This document shows positions 21,521 through 32,098 of a stretch of 64,000 nucleotides of DNA, in pieces (positions within the stretch are counted from its first letter, which is position 1; each line of letters opens with the position of its first letter). The position numbers were made by a program, and so were the translations under genes. The stretch lies in assembly GCA_963827755.1 (NCBI GenBank), contig CAWHCQ010000044.1:35087-99086 (forward strand). Reading direction: 5' to 3'. Source of the stretch: an uncultured Gammaproteobacteria bacterium (lineage in GTDB: Bacteria; Pseudomonadota; Gammaproteobacteria; UBA9214). Below the pieces are notes generated by a model. The model worked only from the letters and a program-made list of their open reading frames with translations, did no database searches and was not told the DNA's origin.

Positions 21521-22084
21521 ATGAAAGCGAGTGAACTGAAGAAGGGGCTGGTGCTGGATATAGACGGGCGCAAGATCATTATCAAGGGCCTGGATGTGCA
21601 AAGTCCCTCATCCCGCAGTGGCAGCACGCTTTACAAGGTACGCGGTTTCGATCTCGTCACCCGGCAGAAATACGAGAACCGCTTCAAGGGTGACGAAGCT
21701 GTACAAACCGTGGAATACTCCCGCCGCGCCGTTCAGTACCTCTACCAGGACACCGACAGCTGCACCTTCATGGACAAGGAATCCTATGAGCAGTACATGC
21801 TCGGTCTCGATGTTCTTGAAGACGAGTTGCGTTACCTGACGGACGAGCTTGACGGGATCTCCGCCATGATTGCAGATGATGCGGTGCTGGGTATCGAACT
21901 GCCGGCCACGGTCGTACTGGAAATCATCGAGACGGCACCCGGCATGAAAGCCGCCTCGGCCTCGGCCCGCAACAAGCCGGCAACCCTCAACACCGGCCTG
22001 GTCGTACAGGTTCCGGAATACCTGACAGCAGGCGAGCGCATCAAGGTCAACACCTCCACGGGCGAATACATTTCACGCGCATAA
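21521..22084 (+). CDS. yeiP: Elongation factor P-like protein EfpL/YeiP
   Basis: SPSSRSGSTLYK loop (Arg tip); PGMKAASASARNKPATL; GLVVQVPEYL; YISRA. Confidence 0.93.
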   Translation: MKASELKKGLVLDIDGRKIIIKGLDVQSPSSRSGSTLYKVRGFDLVTRQKYENRFKGDEAVQTVEYSRRAVQYLYQDTDSCTFMDKESYEQYMLGLDVLEDELRYLTDELDGISAMIADDAVLGIELPATVVLEIIETAPGMKAASASARNKPATLNTGLVVQVPEYLTAGERIKVNTSTGEYISRA

Positions 22085-22198
22085 GGCTTACACCTGCCCT
22101 GGCGCGCGCGAAGTATTTTCCGGTTTCGCCCGTGCGATAGTTCCAGAAAAGGCAACTAGCGGGCGTGCCGGTTGAATCCTGTATCTTGATGCATTTGC

Positions 22199-22822
22199 TT
22201 ACAGGTCGAAATGATCATCATCCCAGAAGCCGCCGACTATACACCTGCGGGATGTGATTATTTGCCTGACCAGGTCCTGCAGCGGGAAGTGTAAGATCAT
22301 GGCACGGACTTCATCCGGTGTGCTGCGGCACTGCAGTTGCAGTTCCATCTTGTCTTCTTCGGTGTGGTCATCCTTCTGCATCAGAAAGGGGTTGTCGAAC
22401 GCAGCCTCGATGCCGGTGTCGCGCTTGACCCCGTAGTTGTCCCAGAAATTATCCTTGCGCAGATGCTCCAGGAGCGACTTGATCTCCTGCCAGGATTCCA
22501 TGGGGCACAAATCCAGCAGCTTGATGAACCTTGCCAGCCCGGGCGAGAGATCCTGGAACATGGCATGGCGTTCAGCTTCCAGCGCCTTGATCGATCTTTC
22601 GTAGTATTCCGGACGATCCTCCTGCACCTTGTCGTGGTGGAGCTGTTCGTTCACGATGATGAAGTGCGCCAGAAAGTCCTTGATTTCCAGCTCCTCGTTG
22701 TCGGTGAAGGCCTCGATTGCTGCCGGGGGGATGGGGCGGGTCCTGCTGCGCAGTCGCTCCTTCTCCTCCGCGGTGAGGATTCTTTCTCCACTGATGGGTA
22801 CAAGTTCCAGCTTCATTACCAA
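22199..22822 (-). CDS. Hypothetical acidic protein
   Basis: 207-aa ORF filling the gap between yeiP and the nitroreductase; no recognised motif. Confidence 0.65.
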   Translation of the reverse strand: MVMKLELVPISGERILTAEEKERLRSRTRPIPPAAIEAFTDNEELEIKDFLAHFIIVNEQLHHDKVQEDRPEYYERSIKALEAERHAMFQDLSPGLARFIKLLDLCPMESWQEIKSLLEHLRKDNFWDNYGVKRDTGIEAAFDNPFLMQKDDHTEEDKMELQLQCRSTPDEVRAMILHFPLQDLVRQIITSRRCIVGGFWDDDHFDL

Positions 22823-23108
22823 TCTACCTTATCTGGTGCAACAGGGTCCCAACACCCCGCATAGAATAAATTTTTCTATAATCAGTGTTGTTATCGGCAT
22901 CCTTTGCCCGGGCTTTACTATCTGTCTTGTGTTTTCGAATACACAACCTGGTGCTTTCTCCCGGGCAGGCAAGAGAAAGTACCTCGCCCCCCCCGGCGGG
23001 GGCGAAATAAACAAGGAATTCTGACGGCTTGAGCGTGAAAACAATCACGCTTGCAAAGCGCTCCTGTAATGGCATATCCAGGAAAGACTTCGCAGGGAGG
23101 ACCTGCCC

Positions 23109-23717
23109 CTACAGGAACCCGGCTGGCTTATCCCAGCCCGATGCAAACACAAATTCCCCGAGCGGTTTGCGCACCCGCGCCTCCAGCTCGGTCGTTTTCA
23201 TGGGTTCTGCAAGACTGTCCGGGTCGCCAAGGTAGCCGAGCGCAATACCGGTCGCCACCTGGAAATCTTCCGGTACCCGGTAGATCTCCGCTGCCCTTTC
23301 CGGCAGGATGCCGCCCATCGCGTGCATGTAAAGATCCAGCGCGGCCGCCTGCAGCATCATGCCTGCCGTGGCCAGCCCGAGGTCATGACGTGCATGGGCA
23401 TTGGGCTTGTCATTAAAGGTAAACGTCTTTTTGGTGACCGCAAGCATCAGCACCGGCGCCTGCATCGCCCATACCTGGTTGCCTTCCACGAGACAGCTCA
23501 TCAGCCTGTCATATTCCTCTGGCTGTTCCTTGCGTGCCACGATATATCGCCAGGGCTGTTCGTTATAGCAGGAGGCCGCCCAGCGCGCCGCTTCGAACAG
23601 GCTGCCGAGTGCTTCTGCACTCACTGGCTTCGCGGAAAATGCGCGTGGAGACCAGCGTTTCTGCACTAATTCATGGATGGGATACTGCGTGTCCGGCGTT
23701 TTATTCATCATGTTCAC
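23109..23717 (-). CDS. Nitroreductase family protein
   Basis: RWSPRAF, FEAARWAASCYNEQPWR, HDLGLA, HAMGG. Confidence 0.93.
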   Translation of the reverse strand: MNMMNKTPDTQYPIHELVQKRWSPRAFSAKPVSAEALGSLFEAARWAASCYNEQPWRYIVARKEQPEEYDRLMSCLVEGNQVWAMQAPVLMLAVTKKTFTFNDKPNAHARHDLGLATAGMMLQAAALDLYMHAMGGILPERAAEIYRVPEDFQVATGIALGYLGDPDSLAEPMKTTELEARVRKPLGEFVFASGWDKPAGFL

Positions 23718-23735
23718 CTGTTTTGCCTGCCTGTC

Positions 23736-24650
23736 TCAGTCCGCTGCATTATCGATCGCCCCCATGCGTCCTGCCTGGTAATCCACGATAGCCTGGTCGA
23801 TCTCGTCATTCGTATTCATCACAAAGGGACCGCGTCGTGCGACCGGTTCATTCAGGGGTACTCCACCCAGTAATATAACCTGTGTTTGCGCACCGGCGGA
23901 TGCAGGTACCCTCATCTCGACCCTGTCTCCGGCATCAAGCACCGCCATCTGGCCATCATGCAGCGATGTACCGGCCGACTCCAGTTCACCGGAGAAGACG
24001 TATACCAGGCCATTATGATCGCCCGGCAAGGGCTGCTGCACCACTCCACCCGGCTGCAGCGTCCAGTGCTGGAATACAATCGGTGTATGCGTATCGATGC
24101 GGGCGGCTACGCCCAGCGCTTCTCCGGCAATCACGCGCACATGTGCAAGTCCGTCTTCACTGTCAGCCTCGGGAATATTTTCCGCCGCAACGTCCTGGTA
24201 ACGTGGCTCGGTCATCTTCAGGCGCGCGGGCAGGTTCACCCATATCTGGAACCCGTGTACGCGCCCGCCCTGTTCCATGATACGGGCAGCAGGCATTTCC
24301 GAGTGCACGACTCCGCGGCCGGCAGTCATCCACTGAACATCACCCGGCCTCAACCTGCCGGCATGGCCGCCTGAATCACGGTGTTCGAATTCACCCTCGA
24401 GCATGTAGGTCACGGTCTCGAAGCCGCGGTGCGGATGATCCGGCGCACCGACTGCCTCACCGGGTTTGTAGTCCACGGGCCCCATTTCATCAATCATCAG
24501 GATCGGGTCGACCAGGTGCACACCACCCGCGACCGGCAACGGGCGGCGCACCTGGAAACCGCCTCCCTCAAGCAGCGTTTGCGCCGTGCTCAATTGTTTG
24601 ATTTTTCTCAACACACACAACCTCCGGCAATCGTTTACAGCCGCCTTCAC
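23736..24650 (-). CDS. Pirin family protein
   Basis: HPHRGFETVTY, HRDS, QWMTAGRGVVHSE, QIWVNLP, GPFVMN. Confidence 0.95.
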   Translation of the reverse strand: MKAAVNDCRRLCVLRKIKQLSTAQTLLEGGGFQVRRPLPVAGGVHLVDPILMIDEMGPVDYKPGEAVGAPDHPHRGFETVTYMLEGEFEHRDSGGHAGRLRPGDVQWMTAGRGVVHSEMPAARIMEQGGRVHGFQIWVNLPARLKMTEPRYQDVAAENIPEADSEDGLAHVRVIAGEALGVAARIDTHTPIVFQHWTLQPGGVVQQPLPGDHNGLVYVFSGELESAGTSLHDGQMAVLDAGDRVEMRVPASAGAQTQVILLGGVPLNEPVARRGPFVMNTNDEIDQAIVDYQAGRMGAIDNAAD

Positions 24651-24894
24651 AGTGTAACGTCAACACAAGGGGGCATGCCTCGCCTTAGAACAGGCTTTCC
24701 CTTGATTCCGCGTTTACTAAATACTATCAGATAGATAGCAGCAACCAACAGCTTCAAAAAAAGCGTCCTGATGCCGTTAACACGAGCATGACCTGCCTGA
24801 CGCTCATAACCGGGAGAACCTGCATACGCGGCTTTCGTAATGATTGCCTGTATTCGCGCAAGCTTTCAATCCGCATGAATTTACCGGGGCCGTC

Positions 24895-26809
24895 ATGAAT
24901 AAACCGGCCGGGTCACACCCAAACAGCCTCACGTACCGGCCAGAGATCGATGGCCTGAGAGCGATCGCGGTACTGTCTATTGTACTTTATCACGCGGGCA
25001 TCGGTCCGGCTGCCGGCTTTGTCGGGGTCGATGTGTTCTTCGTTATTTCCGGTTATTTGATTACCGCCCTCCTGCACAAGGAATGGACCGCCACCGGGCG
25101 GATTGACATGTTCGCATTCTACGCCCGAAGGTTCCGCCGGCTGTTTGCGGCACTGGTGCTGGTTGTGACTGCGACTGTTACCATCTCGGCCTTCGTCCTT
25201 TCCCCTTTTGGTGAAATCAACCAGGTCGCACAGTCTGCGTCAGCATCCCTGGTGTTTGCCTCGAATTTTTTCTTTGAGATGACAACAGGCGGCTACTTCG
25301 ATGTCAGTACCGATACACTGCCGCTGCTACATCTCTGGTCGCTGGCAGTCGAGGAACAATTCTATCTGCTATGGCCATTCTTGCTCATCACCCTGTTGCG
25401 CCTGTGGCCCAACTCGCTCATTCCGGTACTTGTCGTGTTGTCACTCAGCTCCCTGGTACTCGCCGAGTTCCTGCTTGCCAACAACCCGCAGGCGGCGTTT
25501 TATCAGATGCCGGCGCGCTTCTGGGAATTGGCCATCGGCGGCCTGATAGCCCTGCGGCCTTCCGGTCAATTGCAAAATGGACACACCACGGCTTCCCTGG
25601 GCCTTGTGATACTACTGCTGGCTGTTGTCATACCTACTGCGCATTTCCCCGGTATCGGCGCCCTGCCTGCTGTAACGGGCGCCGCTTTGCTGTTGTATGC
25701 CGTCCATGGAACATCGCGGCTCGGCATGGCGGGTATATGGCTGCAGTCCCGGCCAATGGTGTTCTTCGGGTTGATTTCCTATTCTCTTTATCTTTGGCAC
25801 TGGCCGCTGCTCGCGATTGAGAGGGCAACGCGTGCAGGCCCGTCACCGGTGGAAATCCGCATACTGCTGTGCAGCCTCGCCGTTCGTGCTGGCGTGGCTC
25901 AGCTACTGTTTCATCGAGCGCCCGCTTCGTCGCGCCGATCCCGGCACCCCTGCCCCGCGGATAGTCGCAGCAGGACTGGCGGCATCGATTGCACTCGCGC
26001 TTGCGGCGATCAACCTCGGAGAGCATCTTGATCAGGAGCCACTGCCAACCGACCTCGCTTCGCGGATCAGCCGTGACATGCCTGAAAACCGTTCAAGCTG
26101 CCATTACCGGGGTAATGAATCGCTTGCAATATTCCCGAAGCCCGGCTGCAGCTCTATCCCGGATACACCCGTTCGTGTTGCCATCTGGGGTGATTCCATG
26201 GCACTGGCGTGGCAGCCGTTTGCATGGGCCATCGGCCAGCGGACCGGAAAGGCTGCCACAAGCTATTCCCGGGATGCCTGCCCGCCATTACACGACTACT
26301 CAAACGGGAAACCCATGGCCGAAGACATGCTTTGTCGCAAGTTCAACTCACTGGTTATCAAGAAGATCAGGGATGTTGACACGCTGGTATTAAGCTCGAC
26401 GTGGTCGCCGGCTGCCAGGCAAGGAATTCGACAGGCGGCCTATGCGGAATACAGGACAAGGCTGCAGGAAACCATCGAGGCAGTCTTACCTTACGTCAAA
26501 CAAATAATCCTGCTGGGGCCGACCCCGCGATTGCCGGACACCATACCACGCTGCATCCGGACCTCCAGCCTGGACGACTGCACCGTCAGTCGAAGCGAAT
26601 TCGATGCAAGGACGTCGCAATCAAGGAAGTTGCTGGCATCAATGGCTATGACATACGACATGGTCACCTATGTGGATCCTGCCGATTTCTTCTGCACACC
26701 TGAAATTTGTCCCGCCTTTAAGGATGGATATGGACTCTACTGGGACTCACACCATGTCTCTTCCACGGCAGCGCGCAATTTTGCGTCAGGATATCTGGAT
26801 AAAATATAG
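24895..26809 (+). CDS. Acyltransferase-3 + SGNH fusion (OafA-like O-acetyltransferase; frameshift near 25883)
   Basis: YRPEIDGLRAIAV, GVDVFFVISGYLIT, LLHLWSLAVEEQFY, SYSLYLWHWP; +1 shift into LAWLSYCFIERP, then SGNH GDSMA and DSHH. Confidence 0.9.
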
Positions 26810-26897
26810 AATCGGGTTGCCGCTCCGGTGGATCGAGATCACCTCTGCCGGGCGCAAGCGACAGAGAATCGGGCAATCCCCGCCCTGGGTTGCAGCT

Positions 26898-28811
26898 CTA
26901 TTGCGAATTCCCTTGCTGACTGCCTGATTGTCCCTCCAGCTCCTCCCAGCGTGCATAACCTTCTTCCAGCTCCGTGGCGAGCGACTCGAGACGTGCCAGT
27001 ACAACCGGGATTTTCTCCGCCGACTGCTGATAGAACGCGTGATCACTCACCGCCTCCTGCAACTGCGCCTGCTCGGTTTCAAGCGCCTCGATCCGGGCAG
27101 GCAGTGCATCCAGTTCACGCTGCTCATTGTAGGACAGTTTCCCGGGCGTTGACGGCTTTGCTTTCGTTGCAGGCACCTGTTTTACGACACAGTCCTGCCT
27201 GGCTGTTTTCTCTGCAGCCTTTTTCTGCCGCAACCAGTCACTGTAACCACCGACATATTCAGCAATCCGCCCATCTCCCTCGAATACCAGGGAACGCGTT
27301 ACCACGTTATCGAGAAAAGCACGGTCATGGCTGACCAGCAGCAGGGTGCCTGCGTAATCCATTAATAATTCCTCCAGCAGTTCCAGCGTCTCCACATCGA
27401 GATCATTGGTCGGCTCGTCGAGCACCAGCAGGTTGGCAGGCCTTGTAAACAGCCGCGCCAGCAACAGCCGGTTACGTTCACCGCCGGAGAGCGAACTGAC
27501 CGGTGACTGCAGGCGCTCGGAGGGAAACAGGAAGTCGCGCAGGTAGCCGGCCACGTGTATGTCACGGCCGTTGACCATGACACGCTGACTGCCATCGGCG
27601 ACGTTATCCATCACCGACTTGCGCGGATCCAGCTGTTCACGCTGCTGGTCGAAATAGGCAGACTGCTGGCGGGTGCCACGCAGCACTCGCCCGCTGTCGG
27701 GTAACTGTTCGCCGAGCAACACCCTGATCAGGGTGGATTTGCCCGCACCGTTGGGACCGATAATACCCACCCGGTCGCCACGCAAAATCGTGGTCGAAAA
27801 ATCGCGGATCACGACATTGTCAGCAAAGCTGACATTGATGTCTTTCGCTTCAAACACCAGCTTGCCGGAGTACTCACCCTCGTCCAGCTGCAGTTTGACC
27901 TTGCCGGTGCGCTTGCGTCGCTGTTGATACTGTTCACGCAGGGCCTTGAGCGCCCTGACCCGGCCTTCATTGCGGGTCCGCCGCGCCTTGATCCCCTGAC
28001 GAATCCATGCCTCCTCCTGCGAGAGCTTCTTGTCAAACAGTGCGTTGTGGCGCGCCTCGACTTCGAGCTGCCCGGCCTTCCTGCGCAGGTAATCATCATA
28101 GTTCCCCGGCCAGGAACCCAGCTTGCCGCGGTCCAGCTCGATGACGCGCGTCGCAAGCCGCCTTACAAAGGCACGGTCATGACTGACAAACAGCAGCGCA
28201 CCGGAAAATTCGGTCATGAACTCTTCCAGCCAGGTGATCGCCTCGATATCGAGATGATTGGTGGGCTCATCCAGCAACAACACATCCGGTTCGCCGACCA
28301 GTGCCCGTGCCAGCATCACGCGGCGGCGCCAGCCACCGGAGAGGGATTCAAACTCAACGTCACCATCCAGCTGCAGGCGTGACAATACAGTTTCAACACG
28401 TTGCTCGAGTTGCCAGCCGCCGTGCACTTCCAGCTCATGCTGCAGCTCAGACAGGCGCTGCAACAGCTCCGGGCTGTCCGACTGCTCCAGCGCATGCGTG
28501 GCGTGATGATATTCCGTAATCAGCGCGCCCAGTTCCTGCAGTCCTGCGGCGACCACATCGAAGACCAGACCACTGACGTCGATCTCGACCTCCTGTGTCA
28601 GGGAGGCGACCCGCATACCAGGGCGCAGCCAGCACTCACCGTCATCGGGTACCGCCTCACCACCGATAACACGCAACAGTGAAGACTTGCCTTCACCGTT
28701 ACGGCCAATCAGGCAGACTCGCTCGCCCCTGAACACTTCCAGTTCCACCTGATCCAGCAGCGGACGATGCCCATAGGCCAGGGACACCTTGTTAAGTCGC
28801 AGTAATGGCAT
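26898..28811 (-). CDS. uup: ABC-F family ATPase Uup
   Basis: Two ABC domains (GRNGEGKS, LSGG, DEPTNHLD; GPNGAGKS, DEPTNDLD), WIRQGIKARRTRNEGRVR linker, KLSYNEQRELD tail. Confidence 0.95.
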   Translation of the reverse strand: MPLLRLNKVSLAYGHRPLLDQVELEVFRGERVCLIGRNGEGKSSLLRVIGGEAVPDDGECWLRPGMRVASLTQEVEIDVSGLVFDVVAAGLQELGALITEYHHATHALEQSDSPELLQRLSELQHELEVHGGWQLEQRVETVLSRLQLDGDVEFESLSGGWRRRVMLARALVGEPDVLLLDEPTNHLDIEAITWLEEFMTEFSGALLFVSHDRAFVRRLATRVIELDRGKLGSWPGNYDDYLRRKAGQLEVEARHNALFDKKLSQEEAWIRQGIKARRTRNEGRVRALKALREQYQQRRKRTGKVKLQLDEGEYSGKLVFEAKDINVSFADNVVIRDFSTTILRGDRVGIIGPNGAGKSTLIRVLLGEQLPDSGRVLRGTRQQSAYFDQQREQLDPRKSVMDNVADGSQRVMVNGRDIHVAGYLRDFLFPSERLQSPVSSLSGGERNRLLLARLFTRPANLLVLDEPTNDLDVETLELLEELLMDYAGTLLLVSHDRAFLDNVVTRSLVFEGDGRIAEYVGGYSDWLRQKKAAEKTARQDCVVKQVPATKAKPSTPGKLSYNEQRELDALPARIEALETEQAQLQEAVSDHAFYQQSAEKIPVVLARLESLATELEEGYARWEELEGQSGSQQGNSQ

Positions 28812-28977
28812 GGTATTCAGTAACCTGCAGGCATGCTTGCATTGGCCCTGCCCGGGGCCGGGCATTTGATTGCGGCGTTTACAAGCCGCCGCGGCGCCCA
28901 TATTCTACCAGCATGGGCTATCAATGTTTCTCGCAACGCCTGTTGAACCCGTTTCGTGGTATCACCAATACCATACG

Positions 28978-29430
28978 CTACCAGTCGGCCGAGGCGATGG
29001 CGTCGATGGGACATGTAGCAATGACGGCCTGCTGACAAAGAGCGGCCGTGAGTCGGATACGCAGCGCGACTCTCAGGTAGTTTTCAGAGTTGCGCGCGCA
29101 CTCGATACACAGGGTTGCCGCCGGATCAAAATCAAGCCTTGGAAGCGCGATCTGTTTCCCGCACAGCAGACAGTCGCCGTATTCACCCTTGTCCAGTCGC
29201 ACCAGGGCGGCTGCCACCTGCTGCAGCAACAGGCTGCGACGACGACCACTCTCCTGCGACATCGCCTGTCCCTGCAGGGCATCCATCCTCGACAGACGCC
29301 CGACACTGGTTTGATCGAGTTCAACCGTTTTCCCGGCATCCCTGCCGGTTTCCTGCTGGTCGGTCAGCTCCGCCTGCAGCGCCAGTAAACGCGCCCTCAT
29401 CAGGCCGGTTTCAGTCTCGTTAAGCGCCAT
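28978..29430 (-). CDS. TraR/DksA C4-type zinc finger protein
   Basis: LDQTSVGRLSRMDALQGQAM; YGDCLLCG...PAATLCIEC. The ~30-aa tail is probably read-through past a frameshifted stop near 29075. Confidence 0.88.
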   Translation of the reverse strand: MALNETETGLMRARLLALQAELTDQQETGRDAGKTVELDQTSVGRLSRMDALQGQAMSQESGRRRSLLLQQVAAALVRLDKGEYGDCLLCGKQIALPRLDFDPAATLCIECARNSENYLRVALRIRLTAALCQQAVIATCPIDAIASADW

Positions 29431-29638
29431 AGATGATTCCCCTGTCAGCCATTATCGATTTGCACCGTTGCATCACTATACGCCCGGCCGGCGCAGGCCC
29501 CGACTGTCCGCGCGCCTGACAGGCGGCCATGACTAAAATTGCGCTAGCCCCGGTACAAACTGTGCCACCTGGAGAGCCGCTTCTGTATAATGCAGCACCC
29601 TTCATCATCCTTCCGCCCTTGCGGAGCAGAATTCCATC

Positions 29639-31457
29639 ATGATCAGCAAGTTACGAAATATCGCCATCATCGCCCACGTCGATCATGGCAAGACCACCCT
29701 CGTCGATCAGTTGCTTGAGCCAGTCAGGCACCCTGGGCGAGCGCGCCGCCGTGCCGGAGCGGGTCATGGATTCCAGTGACCTGGAAAAAGAACGCGGCAT
29801 CACCATCCTGTCGAAGAACACGGCCATTCGCTGGAACGACTACCGCATCAATATCGTCGATACGCCCGGACATGCCGACTTCGGCGGCGAAGTGGAACGT
29901 GTGCTGTCGATGGTTGATTCCGTGCTGTTGCTGGTCGATGCGGTAGAAGGCCCGATGCCGCAAACACGCTTCGTCACCCAGAAGGCATTCGACCTCGGCC
30001 TGAAACCGATCGTCGTCATCAACAAGATCGACCGGCCGGGTTCACGACCGGACTGGGTGCTCGACCAGACCTTTGAACTGTTTGACCGTCTCGGCGCCAC
30101 CGATGAGCAGCTCGACTTCCCGGTAATCTATGCCTCGGCCTTGCAGGGCTATGCCGGCAAGGAGGCAGACCAGCCGGCTAAAGACATGACGCCGCTGTTC
30201 GAGGCCATCGTCGAGCATGTTTCACCGCCCAAGGTTGATCCTGATTCACCCTTCCAGCTGCAGGTGATCTCGCTCGACTACAGCAGCTATGTCGGCGTGA
30301 TCGGTGTTGGCCGTATTTCGCGCGGCAGACTGAAAACCAATATGCAGGTCACACTGGTCGATCGTCACGGCAAGCAGCGCAATGCCCGGGTCGGCCAGGT
30401 GTTCGGCTTCCACGGCCTGGAACGCATCGAGGTGGCGGAAGCACAGGCGGGTGACATCATCGCCTTCACCGGCATCGATAAACTCAATATCTCGGACACG
30501 CTCTGCGACCCAAACAGTGTCGAGGCCCTGCCGCCGCTGGCCATCGATGAACCCACCATCAGCATGACCTTCCAGGTCAATAATTCCCCGTTTGCCGGCA
30601 AGGATGGCAAGTACGTGACTTCCAGGAACATCAGCGAGCGGCTCGAGCGTGAGTTGATTCACAATGTCGCCCTGCGTGTAGAAGAGACCGGGGATCCCGA
30701 CAAATTCAAGGTGTCCGGACGCGGTGAACTGCATCTTGCCATTCTCATCGAGACCATGCGCCGGGAGGGTTTCGAGCTCGGCGTTTCCCGACCCGAGGTC
30801 ATCATCCGCGAGATTGACGGTGAAAGGCAGGAACCCTATGAACAGGTCACTGTTGATATCGAGGATACTCACCAGGGAACGATCATGGAGAAACTCGGCG
30901 AGCGCGGCGGCGAACTCACCGACATGGTGCCGGATGGCCAGGGACGGGTGAGGCTGGACTACATCATGCCCTCGCGCGGGCTCATCGGTTTCCGCACCGA
31001 ATTCCTCACCGGCACCCAGGGCTCCGGATTGATCTACAGCGTCTTTTCACACTACGGCCCGATCAAAGCGGGAAACTACGGGCAACGCATCAACGGCGTG
31101 CTCATCGCAAACAGTACCGGCAAGGCGCTGGGATATGCCCTGTTCAACCTGCAGGAACGCGGGCGCCTGTTCATCGGTCACGGTGAAGAGGTCTACGAAG
31201 GCGGAATTATCGGTATTCATGTGCGCAACAACGACCTTGTTGTAAACCCGTTAAAAGGCAAGCAGCTCAACAATATTCGTGCCGCCGGCACTGATGAGAA
31301 TATTGTGCTCTCCCCGCCAATTCGCATGAGCCTCGAGCAGGCACTGGAATTTATTGACGATGATGAACTGGTAGAGGTCACCCCGCATCATATACGCCTG
31401 CGCAAGAAGCACTTGCTGGAACATGAACGCAAGCGCGCCTCGCGCGCGACCGCCTGA
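29639..31457 (+). CDS. typA: Translational GTPase TypA/BipA (frameshift near 29715)
   Basis: [25 protein letters not shown], then +1 shift to SQSG...[37 protein letters not shown]. Confidence 0.97.
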
Positions 31458-31604
31458 GACCATCAGCCTGTGCTGCGGGCCCTGCCATGGACCGCGGGGC
31501 CGTGGGATGGGCGCGAATCGATCCCCCGCTGCGCAACAACACCCCCGGCTGAAATTATTTTTCAGCGGCCCGGGCCTTGCCCGCCGTTTATGATCGCCCG
31601 CTAA

Positions 31605-31652
31605 ACCCTATATATAGTATGGTAATATATTCCCACACACATAATATGGTGT
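31605..31652. promoter_or_regulatory. Tandem NrdR-box-like palindromes
   Basis: ACCCTATATATAGTAT (31605-31620) and ACACATAATATGGTGT (31637-31652), 32 bp apart; consensus acaCwAtATaTwGtgt. Confidence 0.5.
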
Positions 31653-31686
31653 ATATTATATTTATATATATTTTTCATAAGGTTAT

Positions 31687-31727
31687 AAATAAATACATTG
31701 ACTTTTATATGGTATTTATTTTAGTGT
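31687..31727 (+). promoter_or_regulatory. Putative sigma70 promoter with overlapping inverted repeat
   Basis: TTGACT (31698)-18 bp-TAGTGT; perfect inverted repeat AAATAAATAC-N15-GTATTTATTT (31687-31721). Confidence 0.45.
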
Positions 31728-31822
31728 TCTGTTAACGGAGAACGCGCCATGCGGCATCCGGACCAGAGGTGGTTGAGCTTGGTCAACCCGGCGGAAAAAT
31801 AGCACTCGGAGGAGTTAACATT

Positions 31823-32047
31823 ATGCACATCACAGACATGGTAATGCACATTGATGACAACCTTGAAGAACAGACTCGAAGAACTGTGGAGAAGAAACTG
31901 ACCGGCCAGAGGGGGGTGATACACGCACACTTCAACGAACAGCGCCCTCACCTGATGCTGGTTTCCTATGATATCGAAAGAACCTCGTCTTTCGAGATTC
32001 TCGCCGGCATATCCGGACAATCGCTGTGCGCTGAACGCATCGGGTGA
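31823..32047 (+). CDS. Small HMA/ferredoxin-fold-like protein without CxxC
   Basis: GGAGG SD; MHITDMVMHIDDNL...GVIHAHFNEQRPHLMLVSYD, a beta-alpha-beta-beta pattern. Confidence 0.7.
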   Translation: MHITDMVMHIDDNLEEQTRRTVEKKLTGQRGVIHAHFNEQRPHLMLVSYDIERTSSFEILAGISGQSLCAERIG

Positions 32048-32069
32048 TATCCCTGCAAGACAGTTTTTC

Positions 32070-32094
32070 GGCGGCCTTCGGGCCGCTTTTTTTT
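32070..32094 (+). terminator. Rho-independent terminator
   Basis: GCGGCC-TTCG-GGCCGC followed by T8. Confidence 0.85.
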
Positions 32095-32098
32095 CGCG

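Noticed and set aside
25875-25890. Phase variation of the O-acyltransferase
   Set aside because: The shift is at a TT dinucleotide, not a homopolymer or microsatellite tract, and matches the window-wide error pattern.
28978-29075. Novel Cys-containing C-terminal extension on the DksA-like protein
   Set aside because: Removing one base gives TAC TGA right after the zinc finger, and the extension overlaps DNA hairpins (ACGGCC...GGCCGT, GAGTCG...CGACTC) typical of intergenic sequence.
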